Part shown: piece after piece, positions 29,301-37,863 of the stretch
How positions within the stretch are numbered: position 1 is the stretch's first letter
Layout: each line of letters begins with the position of its first letter
Assembly: GCA_036556985.1 (NCBI GenBank)
Contig: DATBIK010000007.1
Location: forward strand, 4,000 to 67,999
Direction of reading: 5' to 3'
Origin: Candidatus Limnocylindria bacterium
GTDB lineage: Bacteria > Chloroflexota > Limnocylindria > QHBO01
Length of the DNA stretch: 64,000 nucleotides
Made by a program: the position numbers and the translations under genes
Notes under the pieces: generated by a model
Databases searched by the model: none
What the model was told of the DNA's origin: nothing
The model's input: only the letters and a program-made list of their open reading frames with translations

Positions 29301-30610
29301 CCGGCCGGCCGCTCTCCGTGCGGCTCGCGCTCGTCCTGTCGGGCGTGGTCGTGGCCGTCCTGCTCGTCGCCGGCCTCGCCGTGAACCGCATCGTGAGCCG
29401 CGGCCTCGAGGACCAGCTGGCCGACATCCAGCGCGACCGGCTCGGCTTCCTCGCGCAGCAGCTGGAGGACGTGGACGTCAGCCAGCCGCGCGTGGCGGCG
29501 GCCGTGCAGCGGGCCATGCAGCGGGCCGCGCGCGGATCGGGCGGTCGGATGGTCCTCCTCGACGCCGACGGCAATGAGCTCGTCACGGCCGGGAACGTGC
29601 CACCCGGCGCGGCAACGCAACGGGTCGAGGAGGCGATCCCCGGTGATGCCGGCTGGACGCTGGCCGTCGACCTGCCCGGGGGGCGGCCGGCATTCCTCGG
29701 CGTGTTCAACGCCACGCTCCTCGTGGCCGGTGTGCTGGCCGTCGGGGCTCTCGTGCTTGCGTCTGCGCTCCTGTCCGAGCGCCTGACCCGGCCGCTGCGT
29801 GGCGTCGCGGCCGCCGCGCGCCGCCTCGGGTCCGGCGACCTTGGCGCGCGGGCAGCGGGTGGCCCGGACCGCGAGTCACAGGAGCTGGCCAGCTCCTTCA
29901 ACGCGATGGCGGAACGCCTCGAGCGCTCGGAGGCACTCCGGCGCCGCGCGGCGGCGGACATGGCCCACGACCTCGCCACGCCGGCGACGGTCCTCGAGTC
30001 GCAGCTGCAGGCCATGGTGGACGGCGTCGTGCCGGCCGACCGCGCCGAGCTTGAACGCGCCCGCTCGGCGGCAGGTGCGCTGAGCGAGGTCATCGTCCAG
30101 CTCCGCGAGCTCGTCGACGCCGAGGCTGCGGCAACCCAGCGCAGCGTCCGCCACACCTCCGTCGCCGAGATGCTCGGCGAGGCGACCCAGGCGCTCGAGC
30201 CGTACTCGCGAGAGCGCGGCGTCCGCCTGCGGACCGATCGCATCCCGGACGCCACCCTCGAACTCGACCCCACCCAGGTCGGCCGAGCGCTGCGCAACGT
30301 TCTCGCCAACGCCATCCAGCACTCGCCTGCGGATGGGGAGGTGGTCGTCTCCGCCGAGGTGCTGCCCGCCGAGGTCGTTGTGCGCGTGGCGGACTCCGGC
30401 GGCGGCATCGCCGCGGCTGACCTGCCGCACATCTTCGAGCGCTTCTACCGCGCCGATCCCTCCCGGGGCGGCAGTGCGCAGCCTTCCGGCAGCGGCATCG
30501 GGCTCACCATCGCGCGCGAGCTGCTGGCGGCGAACGGCGGCAGCGTCGAGGTGGAGCGCACCGGCTCGGACGGGACGACCTTCGCGCTGCGCCTACCGCG
30601 CGGGGTCTGA
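29297..30610 (+). CDS. sensor histidine kinase
   Basis: TM-HAMP, H-box AHDLATPATVLESQL, HATPase GSGIGLTIAREL; GTGA overlap with the regulator. Confidence 0.85.
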   Translation: MTGRPLSVRLALVLSGVVVAVLLVAGLAVNRIVSRGLEDQLADIQRDRLGFLAQQLEDVDVSQPRVAAAVQRAMQRAARGSGGRMVLLDADGNELVTAGNVPPGAATQRVEEAIPGDAGWTLAVDLPGGRPAFLGVFNATLLVAGVLAVGALVLASALLSERLTRPLRGVAAAARRLGSGDLGARAAGGPDRESQELASSFNAMAERLERSEALRRRAAADMAHDLATPATVLESQLQAMVDGVVPADRAELERARSAAGALSEVIVQLRELVDAEAAATQRSVRHTSVAEMLGEATQALEPYSRERGVRLRTDRIPDATLELDPTQVGRALRNVLANAIQHSPADGEVVVSAEVLPAEVVVRVADSGGGIAAADLPHIFERFYRADPSRGGSAQPSGSGIGLTIARELLAANGGSVEVERTGSDGTTFALRLPRGV

Positions 30611-30614
30611 AACG

Positions 30615-31226
30615 CTAGGGTGCCACCGGGTCCCAGGCGCGCCGGCGCGGCAGCGCCAGCCACTCCTCGCGCAGGATCGACATCACGTCGACGTCGTGGT
30701 GCTGCCCGCGGTGGAAGCGGGCGTGGCGGAGCGTGGCATCGGTCTGGAATCCCGCCTTCTCGTACGAGCGCCTGGCGCGGGGGTTGTAGTCGAAGACCTG
30801 GAGATAGATGCGCTCGAGCCGGAGCTCGCCGAAGCCGAAGTCGACGATGCAGTTCACCGCGTCGGTGCCGTACCCCCGGCCGATGTAGCGCGGGTCGGTC
30901 ATGACGATCGCCATCTCGGCCTGGCCGTTCTCCGCATCCAGGTTGCGAAGGCTGCAGTTGCCGATGGGGCGACGGTCGCCGAGCGCGCAGATCGCGAAGG
31001 ACCACAGCGTCTTTCCCTGTTGAGAGATGACCATCTGCGCGAACTCGCTCGCCCCGTCGATGCTGACCGGGATCTTCAGTCCCATGGTGTGCGCGATCTC
31101 CGGGTCATTGACCGCGGGCGGATCGTCCATGAAGTCGGCCCGCTCCATGGCCCGCAGCCAGACGAGGTCGCCACGCAGCATGGGTGGTGGTTCGGGGGCT
31201 GCCTCCGTCTCCGGCATGGCGCGCAT
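30615..31226 (-). CDS. GNAT N-acetyltransferase (RimJ/RimL-like)
   Basis: IGRGYGTDAVNCIVDFGF...ARRSYEKAGF. Confidence 0.75.
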   Translation of the reverse strand: MRAMPETEAAPEPPPMLRGDLVWLRAMERADFMDDPPAVNDPEIAHTMGLKIPVSIDGASEFAQMVISQQGKTLWSFAICALGDRRPIGNCSLRNLDAENGQAEMAIVMTDPRYIGRGYGTDAVNCIVDFGFGELRLERIYLQVFDYNPRARRSYEKAGFQTDATLRHARFHRGQHHDVDVMSILREEWLALPRRRAWDPVAP

Positions 31227-31273
31227 GATACCGATGCCCCTGCGGTCGGGCGGCCCGCGCTACCATCTTGGCC

Positions 31274-32770
31274 ATGACCGAAGCCGCCATCGCCGCCGTC
31301 GAGTCGCGCCTGCTCATCGACGGCGAGTTCCGGGACGCCACCGAGGGCGCCACCTTCCCGACCCACAACCCCGCCACCGGCGAGCTGCTCGCCGACGTGG
31401 CGCAGGCCGGCCGCGCGGACGTCGATGCCGCAGTGGCCGCGGCGCGCGGCGCCTTCGACGGTGCCTGGGCGAAGACGAGCCCAGCCAAGCGGGCGCGGAT
31501 GCTGTACCGGCTGGCCCAGCTCCTCGACGAGCGCACCGACGAGCTCGCCATCCTCGAGTCGCGGAACAACGGCAAGCCGAAGTGGCAGTCGGCCGCGGAG
31601 ATCAAGACCGCGGTCGCGTCGCTCGAGCTGTTCGCGGGCACCGCCCAGCACCTCTACGGACGCTCTCACGTCGTAAACCCGTCGGTGCTGACCTACACGC
31701 TGCGCGAGCCGGTGGGCGTCTGCGCGGCGATCATCCCCTGGAACTACCCGCTCATGATGGCGGTCTGGAAGGTTGCGCCGGCCCTGGCCGCCGGGAACGT
31801 CCTCGTCCTCAAGCCGGCATCGGCCACGCCGCTCTCCGCGCTCGCGCTCGGCGGGCTGGCGCTCGAGGCCGGCATCCCGACCGGCGTCCTCAACATCGTT
31901 CCCGGGCCGGGCGGCGAGGTGGGGGAGGCGCTCGCCGCGCATCCCGGGGTGGACAAGGTGGCCTTCACCGGCGAGACGGACACCGGCCGGCGCATCGCGG
32001 CCGTGGCCGCCGAGAGCCTGAAGCGGGTGAGCCTCGAGCTGGGCGGCAAGTCCCCGAACCTCGTCTTCGACGACGCGGACATCGACGCCGCGGTCCTCGG
32101 CTCGCTGTGGGCGATCTACTACTCGGCCGGGCAGTCGTGCGAGGCACGCTCCCGGATCCTCGTCCAGGACGGGGTCTACGAGCGTTTTGCGGCCGCATTC
32201 ACCGAGAAGGCCGCCGCCCTGCGGGTGGGCGACCCGCTGGCCGACGACACCCAGGTCGGCTCGCTCATCAGCCGTGCCCACGCGGCCCGGGTCCTCGGAT
32301 ACGTCGAGTCTGCCGTCGACGAGGGCGGCGAGCTCCTCACCGGCGGGCCACTGGATGGATCGCTGGCGCACGGGCTCGACCCGGAGGCCTTCGTGCGGCC
32401 GACCGTCATCGGTGCGGTCAGTAACGAGATGCGCATCGCCCAGGAGGAGGTCTTCGGCCCCGTCGTCACCCTCCAGCGCTTCGGCGACGAGGCGGAGGCG
32501 GTGCGCTGGGCGAACGACGTGCGCTACGGCCTGGCCGCCACGGCCTGGACCGGCGACTCCGCGCGCGGCCACCGGGTCGCGCAGCGCATCCGGGCCGGGG
32601 CGGTCGGCATCAACACCCCGTTCGTCGCCTTCCCCGGCATCCCGTTCGGCGGCTTCAAGGAGTCCGGCTACGGCCGGGAGCAGTCGCTCGAGGCGCTCGA
32701 GCTGTACACCGAAACGAAGGCCGTGCTGGTCGGTACCAGCCCGAAGCCGGTCAACCCCTTCGGCGCCTGA
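31274..32770 (+). CDS. NAD(P)+-dependent aldehyde dehydrogenase
   Basis: ELGGKSP Glu motif, FYSAGQSCEARSR catalytic Cys, FTGETDTG; ATG at 31274 preferred to TTG 31268. Confidence 0.9.
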   Translation: MTEAAIAAVESRLLIDGEFRDATEGATFPTHNPATGELLADVAQAGRADVDAAVAAARGAFDGAWAKTSPAKRARMLYRLAQLLDERTDELAILESRNNGKPKWQSAAEIKTAVASLELFAGTAQHLYGRSHVVNPSVLTYTLREPVGVCAAIIPWNYPLMMAVWKVAPALAAGNVLVLKPASATPLSALALGGLALEAGIPTGVLNIVPGPGGEVGEALAAHPGVDKVAFTGETDTGRRIAAVAAESLKRVSLELGGKSPNLVFDDADIDAAVLGSLWAIYYSAGQSCEARSRILVQDGVYERFAAAFTEKAAALRVGDPLADDTQVGSLISRAHAARVLGYVESAVDEGGELLTGGPLDGSLAHGLDPEAFVRPTVIGAVSNEMRIAQEEVFGPVVTLQRFGDEAEAVRWANDVRYGLAATAWTGDSARGHRVAQRIRAGAVGINTPFVAFPGIPFGGFKESGYGREQSLEALELYTETKAVLVGTSPKPVNPFGA

Positions 32771-32800
32771 CGGCGTCGCCATCGAACCCAGGAGGAACCG

Positions 32801-33094
32801 ATGCCCAGCGTCACCGACTTCACTTCCGAGGCGCACATGCGCGCCCTCGCCGACGCCCGCGGCTGGAACGACGGTATGGCCCTCGCGGAAGCGAACAGCG
32901 TGGTCTTCGAGTCGGTGACGGCGGAGCGGGTCATCGCCACCGTGAACGCCCCGGACGGGTCCGCGCGGGTCGAGCTCACCGCCACGGGCAGCCGCTTCGG
33001 GTACGACTGCTCGTGCTGGGACGTCCCCGAGGCCTGTCGCCACATCGTGGCCACCGCCATGGCCCTGCCGCGCTATCACGCTCCGCAGGCCTGA
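32801..33094 (+). CDS. SWIM zinc-finger domain protein
   Basis: CSCWDVPEACRHIVA = CxCx(n)CxH SWIM signature; RBS GGAGGAA upstream. Confidence 0.6.
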   Translation: MPSVTDFTSEAHMRALADARGWNDGMALAEANSVVFESVTAERVIATVNAPDGSARVELTATGSRFGYDCSCWDVPEACRHIVATAMALPRYHAPQA

Positions 33095-33125
33095 TCGGCC
33101 GGAGGCGGCGCGCCGTATCGGCGGC

Positions 33126-33575
33126 ATGGCAGTCATCCGCAGCCGCACCTGGGTGGCGGCGCCCATCGACGAGGTCTTCGCCTTCTTCGACGACCCGCGC
33201 AACCTCGGGCGGCTCATGCCGCCGCCCGTCCGCATCGAGCTGGCCGCCCTCGACCCGGCGCCACCGGCGCCGGGGACCATCCTGACCTTCCGCTACGGCA
33301 TCGGCCCGCTGCGACGGACGTGGACGGTGCAGCTCGTCGAGCGCGAGCCGCCGCATCGGTTCGTCGACGAGACGATCACGGGACCGATGGCGCGGTTCCA
33401 CCACGCGCACCGTTTCGCACCGGGGCGGCGCGGCACCTGGATCAGCGACGAGATCGCGTTCCGGGTCGGCCCGGAGGGCCGCATCGGTGCCGTGCTCGAC
33501 TGGCTCGCCGGGTGGGTGATGCGGGCCACCTTCGTATGGCGCGCGGCGCGGCAGCGGCAGCTGCTGCCGGGCTAG
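33126..33575 (+). CDS. SRPBCC (polyketide cyclase/Bet v1-like) domain protein
   Basis: IRSRTWVAAPIDEVFAFFDDPRNLGRLMPP typical SRPBCC N-terminus. Confidence 0.6.
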   Translation: MAVIRSRTWVAAPIDEVFAFFDDPRNLGRLMPPPVRIELAALDPAPPAPGTILTFRYGIGPLRRTWTVQLVEREPPHRFVDETITGPMARFHHAHRFAPGRRGTWISDEIAFRVGPEGRIGAVLDWLAGWVMRATFVWRAARQRQLLPG

Positions 33576-33581
33576 GGGACG

Positions 33582-34268
33582 CTACTCCTCGAAGGGAAGT
33601 GCCCGCTCGACCGCGTCCCAGCCGGCCGCCAGCATGCGGCGCACGGTGGCGGGATCGCGGACCGGCGGGTGGTCCGGGGCGATGAGCGCGCCGGCCAGTG
33701 CCGGCAGCAGCGGTGAGAGGCCGAAGGAGGCCGCCACGAGCGCGTCACCGGCATGTGGGCCGTCGACGATCTCATACAGGGTCTCCTGCTCGAGCGTGTC
33801 GTAATGCACCCAGTACGGGTCGGTGACGGTGAGCCGATGCAGCCGCGTCCCCGCCACCAGCCGGCGCGACTCCGGCGTGGCGGGCAGCTCCGGCGCGCCC
33901 GCGTACCAGGCATGGTGCCTGGCCTGCTCCCGCTGCAGGCTGTCGGTCCAGCCCTCCCACCACGTCGCGCGTCGCGGCTCCGCCGGGTCGAGCGACAGGT
34001 TGGCGAGCACCACGAACGCGTGCGGCTCGTGCGACACGCCGGCGCAGCGCTCGTCGCAGCGCGGAAGGAAGCGCCGTGCCAGCTCGCCGATGGCGAGTCG
34101 CGCGCCCAGCCAGATGCTCGACGCCGCGGGGTGCGACTGGAGCGCCTCGGGGTTCACCAGCGCGACGACCTGCTCCCCCTCACGCATGCGATCGACCGCG
34201 ACCGAGAACGCCCGGTAGGCGTCGCGCGCGGCCGTCAGCCGGCTCGGGGGCAGCACACTGCGGGTCAT
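33582..34268 (-). CDS. hypothetical protein
   Basis: ORF with good codon bias; start taken at MTRSVLPP; no recognised domain; shares the palindrome-bearing divergent promoter with the operon below. Confidence 0.4.
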   Translation of the reverse strand: MTRSVLPPSRLTAARDAYRAFSVAVDRMREGEQVVALVNPEALQSHPAASSIWLGARLAIGELARRFLPRCDERCAGVSHEPHAFVVLANLSLDPAEPRRATWWEGWTDSLQREQARHHAWYAGAPELPATPESRRLVAGTRLHRLTVTDPYWVHYDTLEQETLYEIVDGPHAGDALVAASFGLSPLLPALAGALIAPDHPPVRDPATVRRMLAAGWDAVERALPFEE

Positions 34269-34377
34269 GCTCGCTATGTGACCAAGCGCGACCGGTACTT
34301 GGCAACTACCACTATCCTCACCGCAGCCCACGGGTCCGCACGAATGGCACGCCACGCGGCCCTTCTGGGGCCTACTG

Positions 34378-34399
34378 GCACCGGTACCCGGGTACCGGT
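34378..34399. promoter_or_regulatory. 22-bp perfect palindrome CACCGGTACCCGGGTACCGGTG (candidate operator), plus a solo half-site ACCGGTAC ~85 bp upstream
   Basis: Read directly in the sequence; lies in the 200-bp divergent intergenic region 34269-34470. Confidence 0.5.
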
Positions 34400-34470
34400 G
34401 TGCGCCCACCCCGCGGTCAGCCGGCCACCCGGTTGCGCCCCGCGGGGGCGCCGCGTACCGTGGCCCGACC

Positions 34471-35391
34471 ATGGACCGAGCGCTCGTCGACTGGTACCGC
34501 CGCTTTCCCGAGGGATGGTGGGGTTACCACTGGACGCTGCCGACCCCGATGAGCGCCGTGGAGATCGTCGCATCCGGCAGCCTCGACGCGCGCCTGATGG
34601 CAACCCTGTGGGCCGTGGTCGCGCGGCGTCGCGGCGTGATGCTCGCCAGCGAGGCGCCCCAAGCCGGCAAGACGACGACGCTCTCCGCCCTGGTCGACTT
34701 CCTTCCGGACGAGACGGTGGGCGTCTTCCTGCGCGGCTGGGCGCAGGACATGTCCTGGACCGATGAGATCGGCCCCGATCGCGGCTACCTGCTCGTGAAC
34801 GAGCTGAGCGACCACCTGCCGATCTACGTGTGGGGCTCGAACGCGCGGGACGCCCTGCGCCTGGCCGGCAGCGGCTACGGCCTGGGGGCCACCATGCACG
34901 CCGACTCCCTCGACGAGGCGCTGGACTGCCTGCGCGACGAGCTGCGAGCCAGCGACGCCGACCTGGCCGGGATGACCGTCTACCTCCAGTACTCGGCCTA
35001 TCGCACGCCAGCCGGCATGTACCGGCGCGTCGAGGAGGCCTGGCACCTGCGGACCGATGCGTCCGGGCGCCTCGCGCCCGTCCGGCTGGCGGCCCTCGAG
35101 GGCGGCCGCTCGCCGAGCCTGACCGGGGCGCAGCGGCTGCCCGTCCCGCCAATGCTGTCGGACGACGGAGGCCGCGGCGCCCGTCGCCTCGTCCACGACC
35201 CGGACGCATACGCGGTGCTGGCCGCCAGCCTGGGCCTGGCTGCCGAGGCCCTCGAGCGCGAGCTCTCCGAGCGGGCGACGTACCTGGCGACGCTCGAGCA
35301 GCGTGGGCTATGCGGCCCCGCCGAGGTGGCGTTCGCGGCCCGCTACTATCCGGACCTGCCCCCGAACCGATCCCAAGGAGCCGGCGCATGA
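34471..35391 (+). CDS. CpaF/TadA/VirB11-family P-loop ATPase core domain only (partly degenerate)
   Basis: Walker A EAPQAGKTTTLSALVDFLP aligns to secretion-ATPase GTGSGKTTLLNAL..IP; downstream LLVNELSD...ATMHADSLDEALDCL aligns to the Walker-B/His-box region (His box reads SGY); no N-terminal domain. Confidence 0.6.
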   Translation: MDRALVDWYRRFPEGWWGYHWTLPTPMSAVEIVASGSLDARLMATLWAVVARRRGVMLASEAPQAGKTTTLSALVDFLPDETVGVFLRGWAQDMSWTDEIGPDRGYLLVNELSDHLPIYVWGSNARDALRLAGSGYGLGATMHADSLDEALDCLRDELRASDADLAGMTVYLQYSAYRTPAGMYRRVEEAWHLRTDASGRLAPVRLAALEGGRSPSLTGAQRLPVPPMLSDDGGRGARRLVHDPDAYAVLAASLGLAAEALERELSERATYLATLEQRGLCGPAEVAFAARYYPDLPPNRSQGAGA

Positions 35392-36803
35392 CTCAGCCCC
35401 CCGCCATCACCACCCTCGGCGCGCTGCGCGATGCGGGCTACCGCCCCCGCAGCGTGAAGGAGGAGATGCGCGCGAACCTCGTCCGCCGCCTGCGCGACGG
35501 CGAGCCGCTGCTGCCCGGCATCCTCGGCTACGACGACACCGTGCTGCCCCAGATCGAGAACGCAGTGCTCGCCGGGCAGGACATCATCCTCCTCGGGGAG
35601 CGGGGCCAGGCGAAGAGCCGCATCGCCCGATCGCTCGTCGGCCTCCTCGACGAGTGGGTCCCGGAGCTGGCCGGTGCCGAGCTGCACGACGACCCGCTGC
35701 GCCCGGTGAGCCCGTACGCCCACGACCTCGTGCGGGAGCGCGGCGATGAGGCGCCGGTGGCCTGGCTGCACCGGGGCGCCCGCTACGGCGAGAAGCTGGC
35801 AACCCCGGACATCACGATCGCCGATCTCGTCGGCGAGGTCGACCCGGTCAAGGTCGCAGAGGGCCGCTATCTGTCCGACGCGCTCACCATCCACTACGGC
35901 CTGCTGCCACGCACGAACCGGGGCATCTTCGCGCTGAACGAGCTGCCGGACCTCGCCGAGCGGATCCAGGTCGGCCTCCTCAACGTGATGGAAGAGCGCG
36001 ACGTCCAGATCCGTGGCTACAAGGTGCGGCTCGAGCTCGACCTGTTCGTCATCGCCTCGGCCAACCCGGAGGACTACACCAGCCGCGGCCGGATCATCAC
36101 CCCGTTGAAGGACCGCTTCGGGGCCCAGATCCGGACCCACTACCCGGATGACCCGGAGGTGGAGATCGCCATCGTGGAGGCCGAGCGGACGACGTTCGCC
36201 GACGACGCGGCGACATCGGTCCCGGTCCAGGTGCCAGGCTTCATGCGCGAGGTCGTGGCGGAGCTGTCCCAGCTCGCCCGCCGCTCGTCCGAGGTCAGCC
36301 AGCGTTCCGGCGTCAGCGTGCGCGTCACGATCGCGAACCAGGAGACGCTCCTGGCCGCCGCGCTGAAGCGCGCGGTGCGCCTGGGCGAGCCCGTCGCGGC
36401 GCCGCGCATCAGCGACCTTCCGGCGGTCGTGGCCTCGACCGCGGGCAAGATCGAGCTCGAGACGCTCGGCGACGAGACGCGCGAGGACAAGGTCATCGAG
36501 AAGCTCGTGCAGCGCGCGATCGTGAACGTCTTCAACCGCCACTTCACGCTGTCCGAGCTGGTGCCGCTCGTCGAGCGCTTCGAGGCCGGGGCCGAGGCCG
36601 AGGTGGGGGAGCTCGTCGCCAGCGATCGCCACGAGCGGCTCGTGGCGGAGATCGACGAGCTGCGCCGCGCGGTCGGCCACCTCGACGTCGGGGAGTCGCC
36701 GGCCGGCGTCGCGAGTGGCGTGGAGTTCGTGCTCGAGGGGCTGCACCTGAACCGCCGCCTGAACAAGGAGCGCCGCGGCGGCGGGGTTCGCTACGCGCGG
36801 TAG
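35388..36803 (+). CDS. Mg-chelatase ChlI-like AAA+ ATPase
   Basis: ILGYDDTVLPQIENAVLAGQDIILLGERGQAKSRIARSL (ChlI-type Walker A GExGxAKS), NELPDL Walker B, sensor regions; ATGA overlap with the upstream gene. Confidence 0.8.
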   Translation: MTQPPAITTLGALRDAGYRPRSVKEEMRANLVRRLRDGEPLLPGILGYDDTVLPQIENAVLAGQDIILLGERGQAKSRIARSLVGLLDEWVPELAGAELHDDPLRPVSPYAHDLVRERGDEAPVAWLHRGARYGEKLATPDITIADLVGEVDPVKVAEGRYLSDALTIHYGLLPRTNRGIFALNELPDLAERIQVGLLNVMEERDVQIRGYKVRLELDLFVIASANPEDYTSRGRIITPLKDRFGAQIRTHYPDDPEVEIAIVEAERTTFADDAATSVPVQVPGFMREVVAELSQLARRSSEVSQRSGVSVRVTIANQETLLAAALKRAVRLGEPVAAPRISDLPAVVASTAGKIELETLGDETREDKVIEKLVQRAIVNVFNRHFTLSELVPLVERFEAGAEAEVGELVASDRHERLVAEIDELRRAVGHLDVGESPAGVASGVEFVLEGLHLNRRLNKERRGGGVRYAR

Positions 36804-36807
36804 GCCG

Positions 36808-37260
36808 ATGGCCGCGGACCCCTTCCCGACCGCGCGCTTTGCCGCGCTGGTCCGCCGCCTGCCGGCCTACGGCCGGCTCGCCTGGCGTCTCGGCCGCGAT
36901 CCGCGGCTGAGCGGCGGGCGCCGCGCCGCGGTGCTGGGCGCGGCCGCCTACCTCGCCTCGCCCCTCGACCTCGTGCCGGGGATCATCCCCTTCGCCGGCC
37001 AGCTCGACGACGCCGCGGTCACGCTGCTCGGGCTGCGCTTCGCGCTGCGCGGTCTGCCGGCTGCGGAACAGGCGGCGCACCTGTCGGCCGCGGGCCTGGC
37101 AGCCCGGGACATCGACGACGACCTCGTCACGGTCGGGGCCGGCGCCGCCTGGCTCGCCCGACGCGGTGCCTCGCTCGCGGCGCGCGGCGGTCGCGCTGTC
37201 GGCCGTGCCGCCTGGCGGGCGGCGCGGGGCGGCGCACGGCGCCTGGCGCACCGCGGATGA
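36808..37260 (+). CDS. DUF1232-like (YkvA-like) membrane protein
   Basis: LDLVPGIIPFAGQLDDAAV matches the DUF1232 core; Arg/Ala-rich tail. Confidence 0.5.
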   Translation: MAADPFPTARFAALVRRLPAYGRLAWRLGRDPRLSGGRRAAVLGAAAYLASPLDLVPGIIPFAGQLDDAAVTLLGLRFALRGLPAAEQAAHLSAAGLAARDIDDDLVTVGAGAAWLARRGASLAARGGRAVGRAAWRAARGGARRLAHRG

Positions 37261-37850
37261 CCGACGCCGACCCGGTCAACGTCCGCCTCGCCGACCCGAG
37301 CGGGGACGCCGCGGCGGTGGCCGCCATCTACGCCGATGGCGTGGAGCGCACGGTCGCGTCGTTCGAGGAGGTCGCGCCCACGGCCGCAAAGATGGCCGAG
37401 CGCATGCGGCGCATCCTGGAGCGCACGCCGTGGCTCGTGGCCTGTGGGCCTGACGGCAGGGTCGTCGGCTACGCCTACGCCGGCCCGCACCACGCACGAC
37501 CCGGCTACCGCTGGTCGGTGAACCTGTCCGCCTACGTGGCGGACGGGCAGCGCGGCAGGGGCATCGGTCGTCGCCTGTACGCCGAGCTCCTCGACCTGCT
37601 GCGGCGACAGGGATTCGTGAACGCCTACGCGGGCGTCACGCTGCCGAATCCGGCCAGTGAGCGCCTCCACCAGGCGATCGGCATGCAGCGCTTCGCCGTC
37701 TACCGGCGGGTCGGCTACAAGTTCGGCGCCTGGCACGACGTGGCCTGGTACGAGCTCCGCCTCGCCTCCCCTCCGGGACGGCCTGCCGAGCCGGTCGCGC
37801 TGCCGGACCTCGCCGGAGGACCGATGGACGCCGCCCGCGGATCGGCCTAG
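37257..37850 (+). CDS. GNAT acetyltransferase (phosphinothricin-acetyltransferase-like)
   Basis: QRGRGIGRRLYAELLDLLRRQGFVNAYAGVTLPNPASERLHQAIGM; ATGA overlap upstream. Confidence 0.75.
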   Translation: MTDADPVNVRLADPSGDAAAVAAIYADGVERTVASFEEVAPTAAKMAERMRRILERTPWLVACGPDGRVVGYAYAGPHHARPGYRWSVNLSAYVADGQRGRGIGRRLYAELLDLLRRQGFVNAYAGVTLPNPASERLHQAIGMQRFAVYRRVGYKFGAWHDVAWYELRLASPPGRPAEPVALPDLAGGPMDAARGSA

Positions 37851-37863
37851 GCTGGCGCGCACG

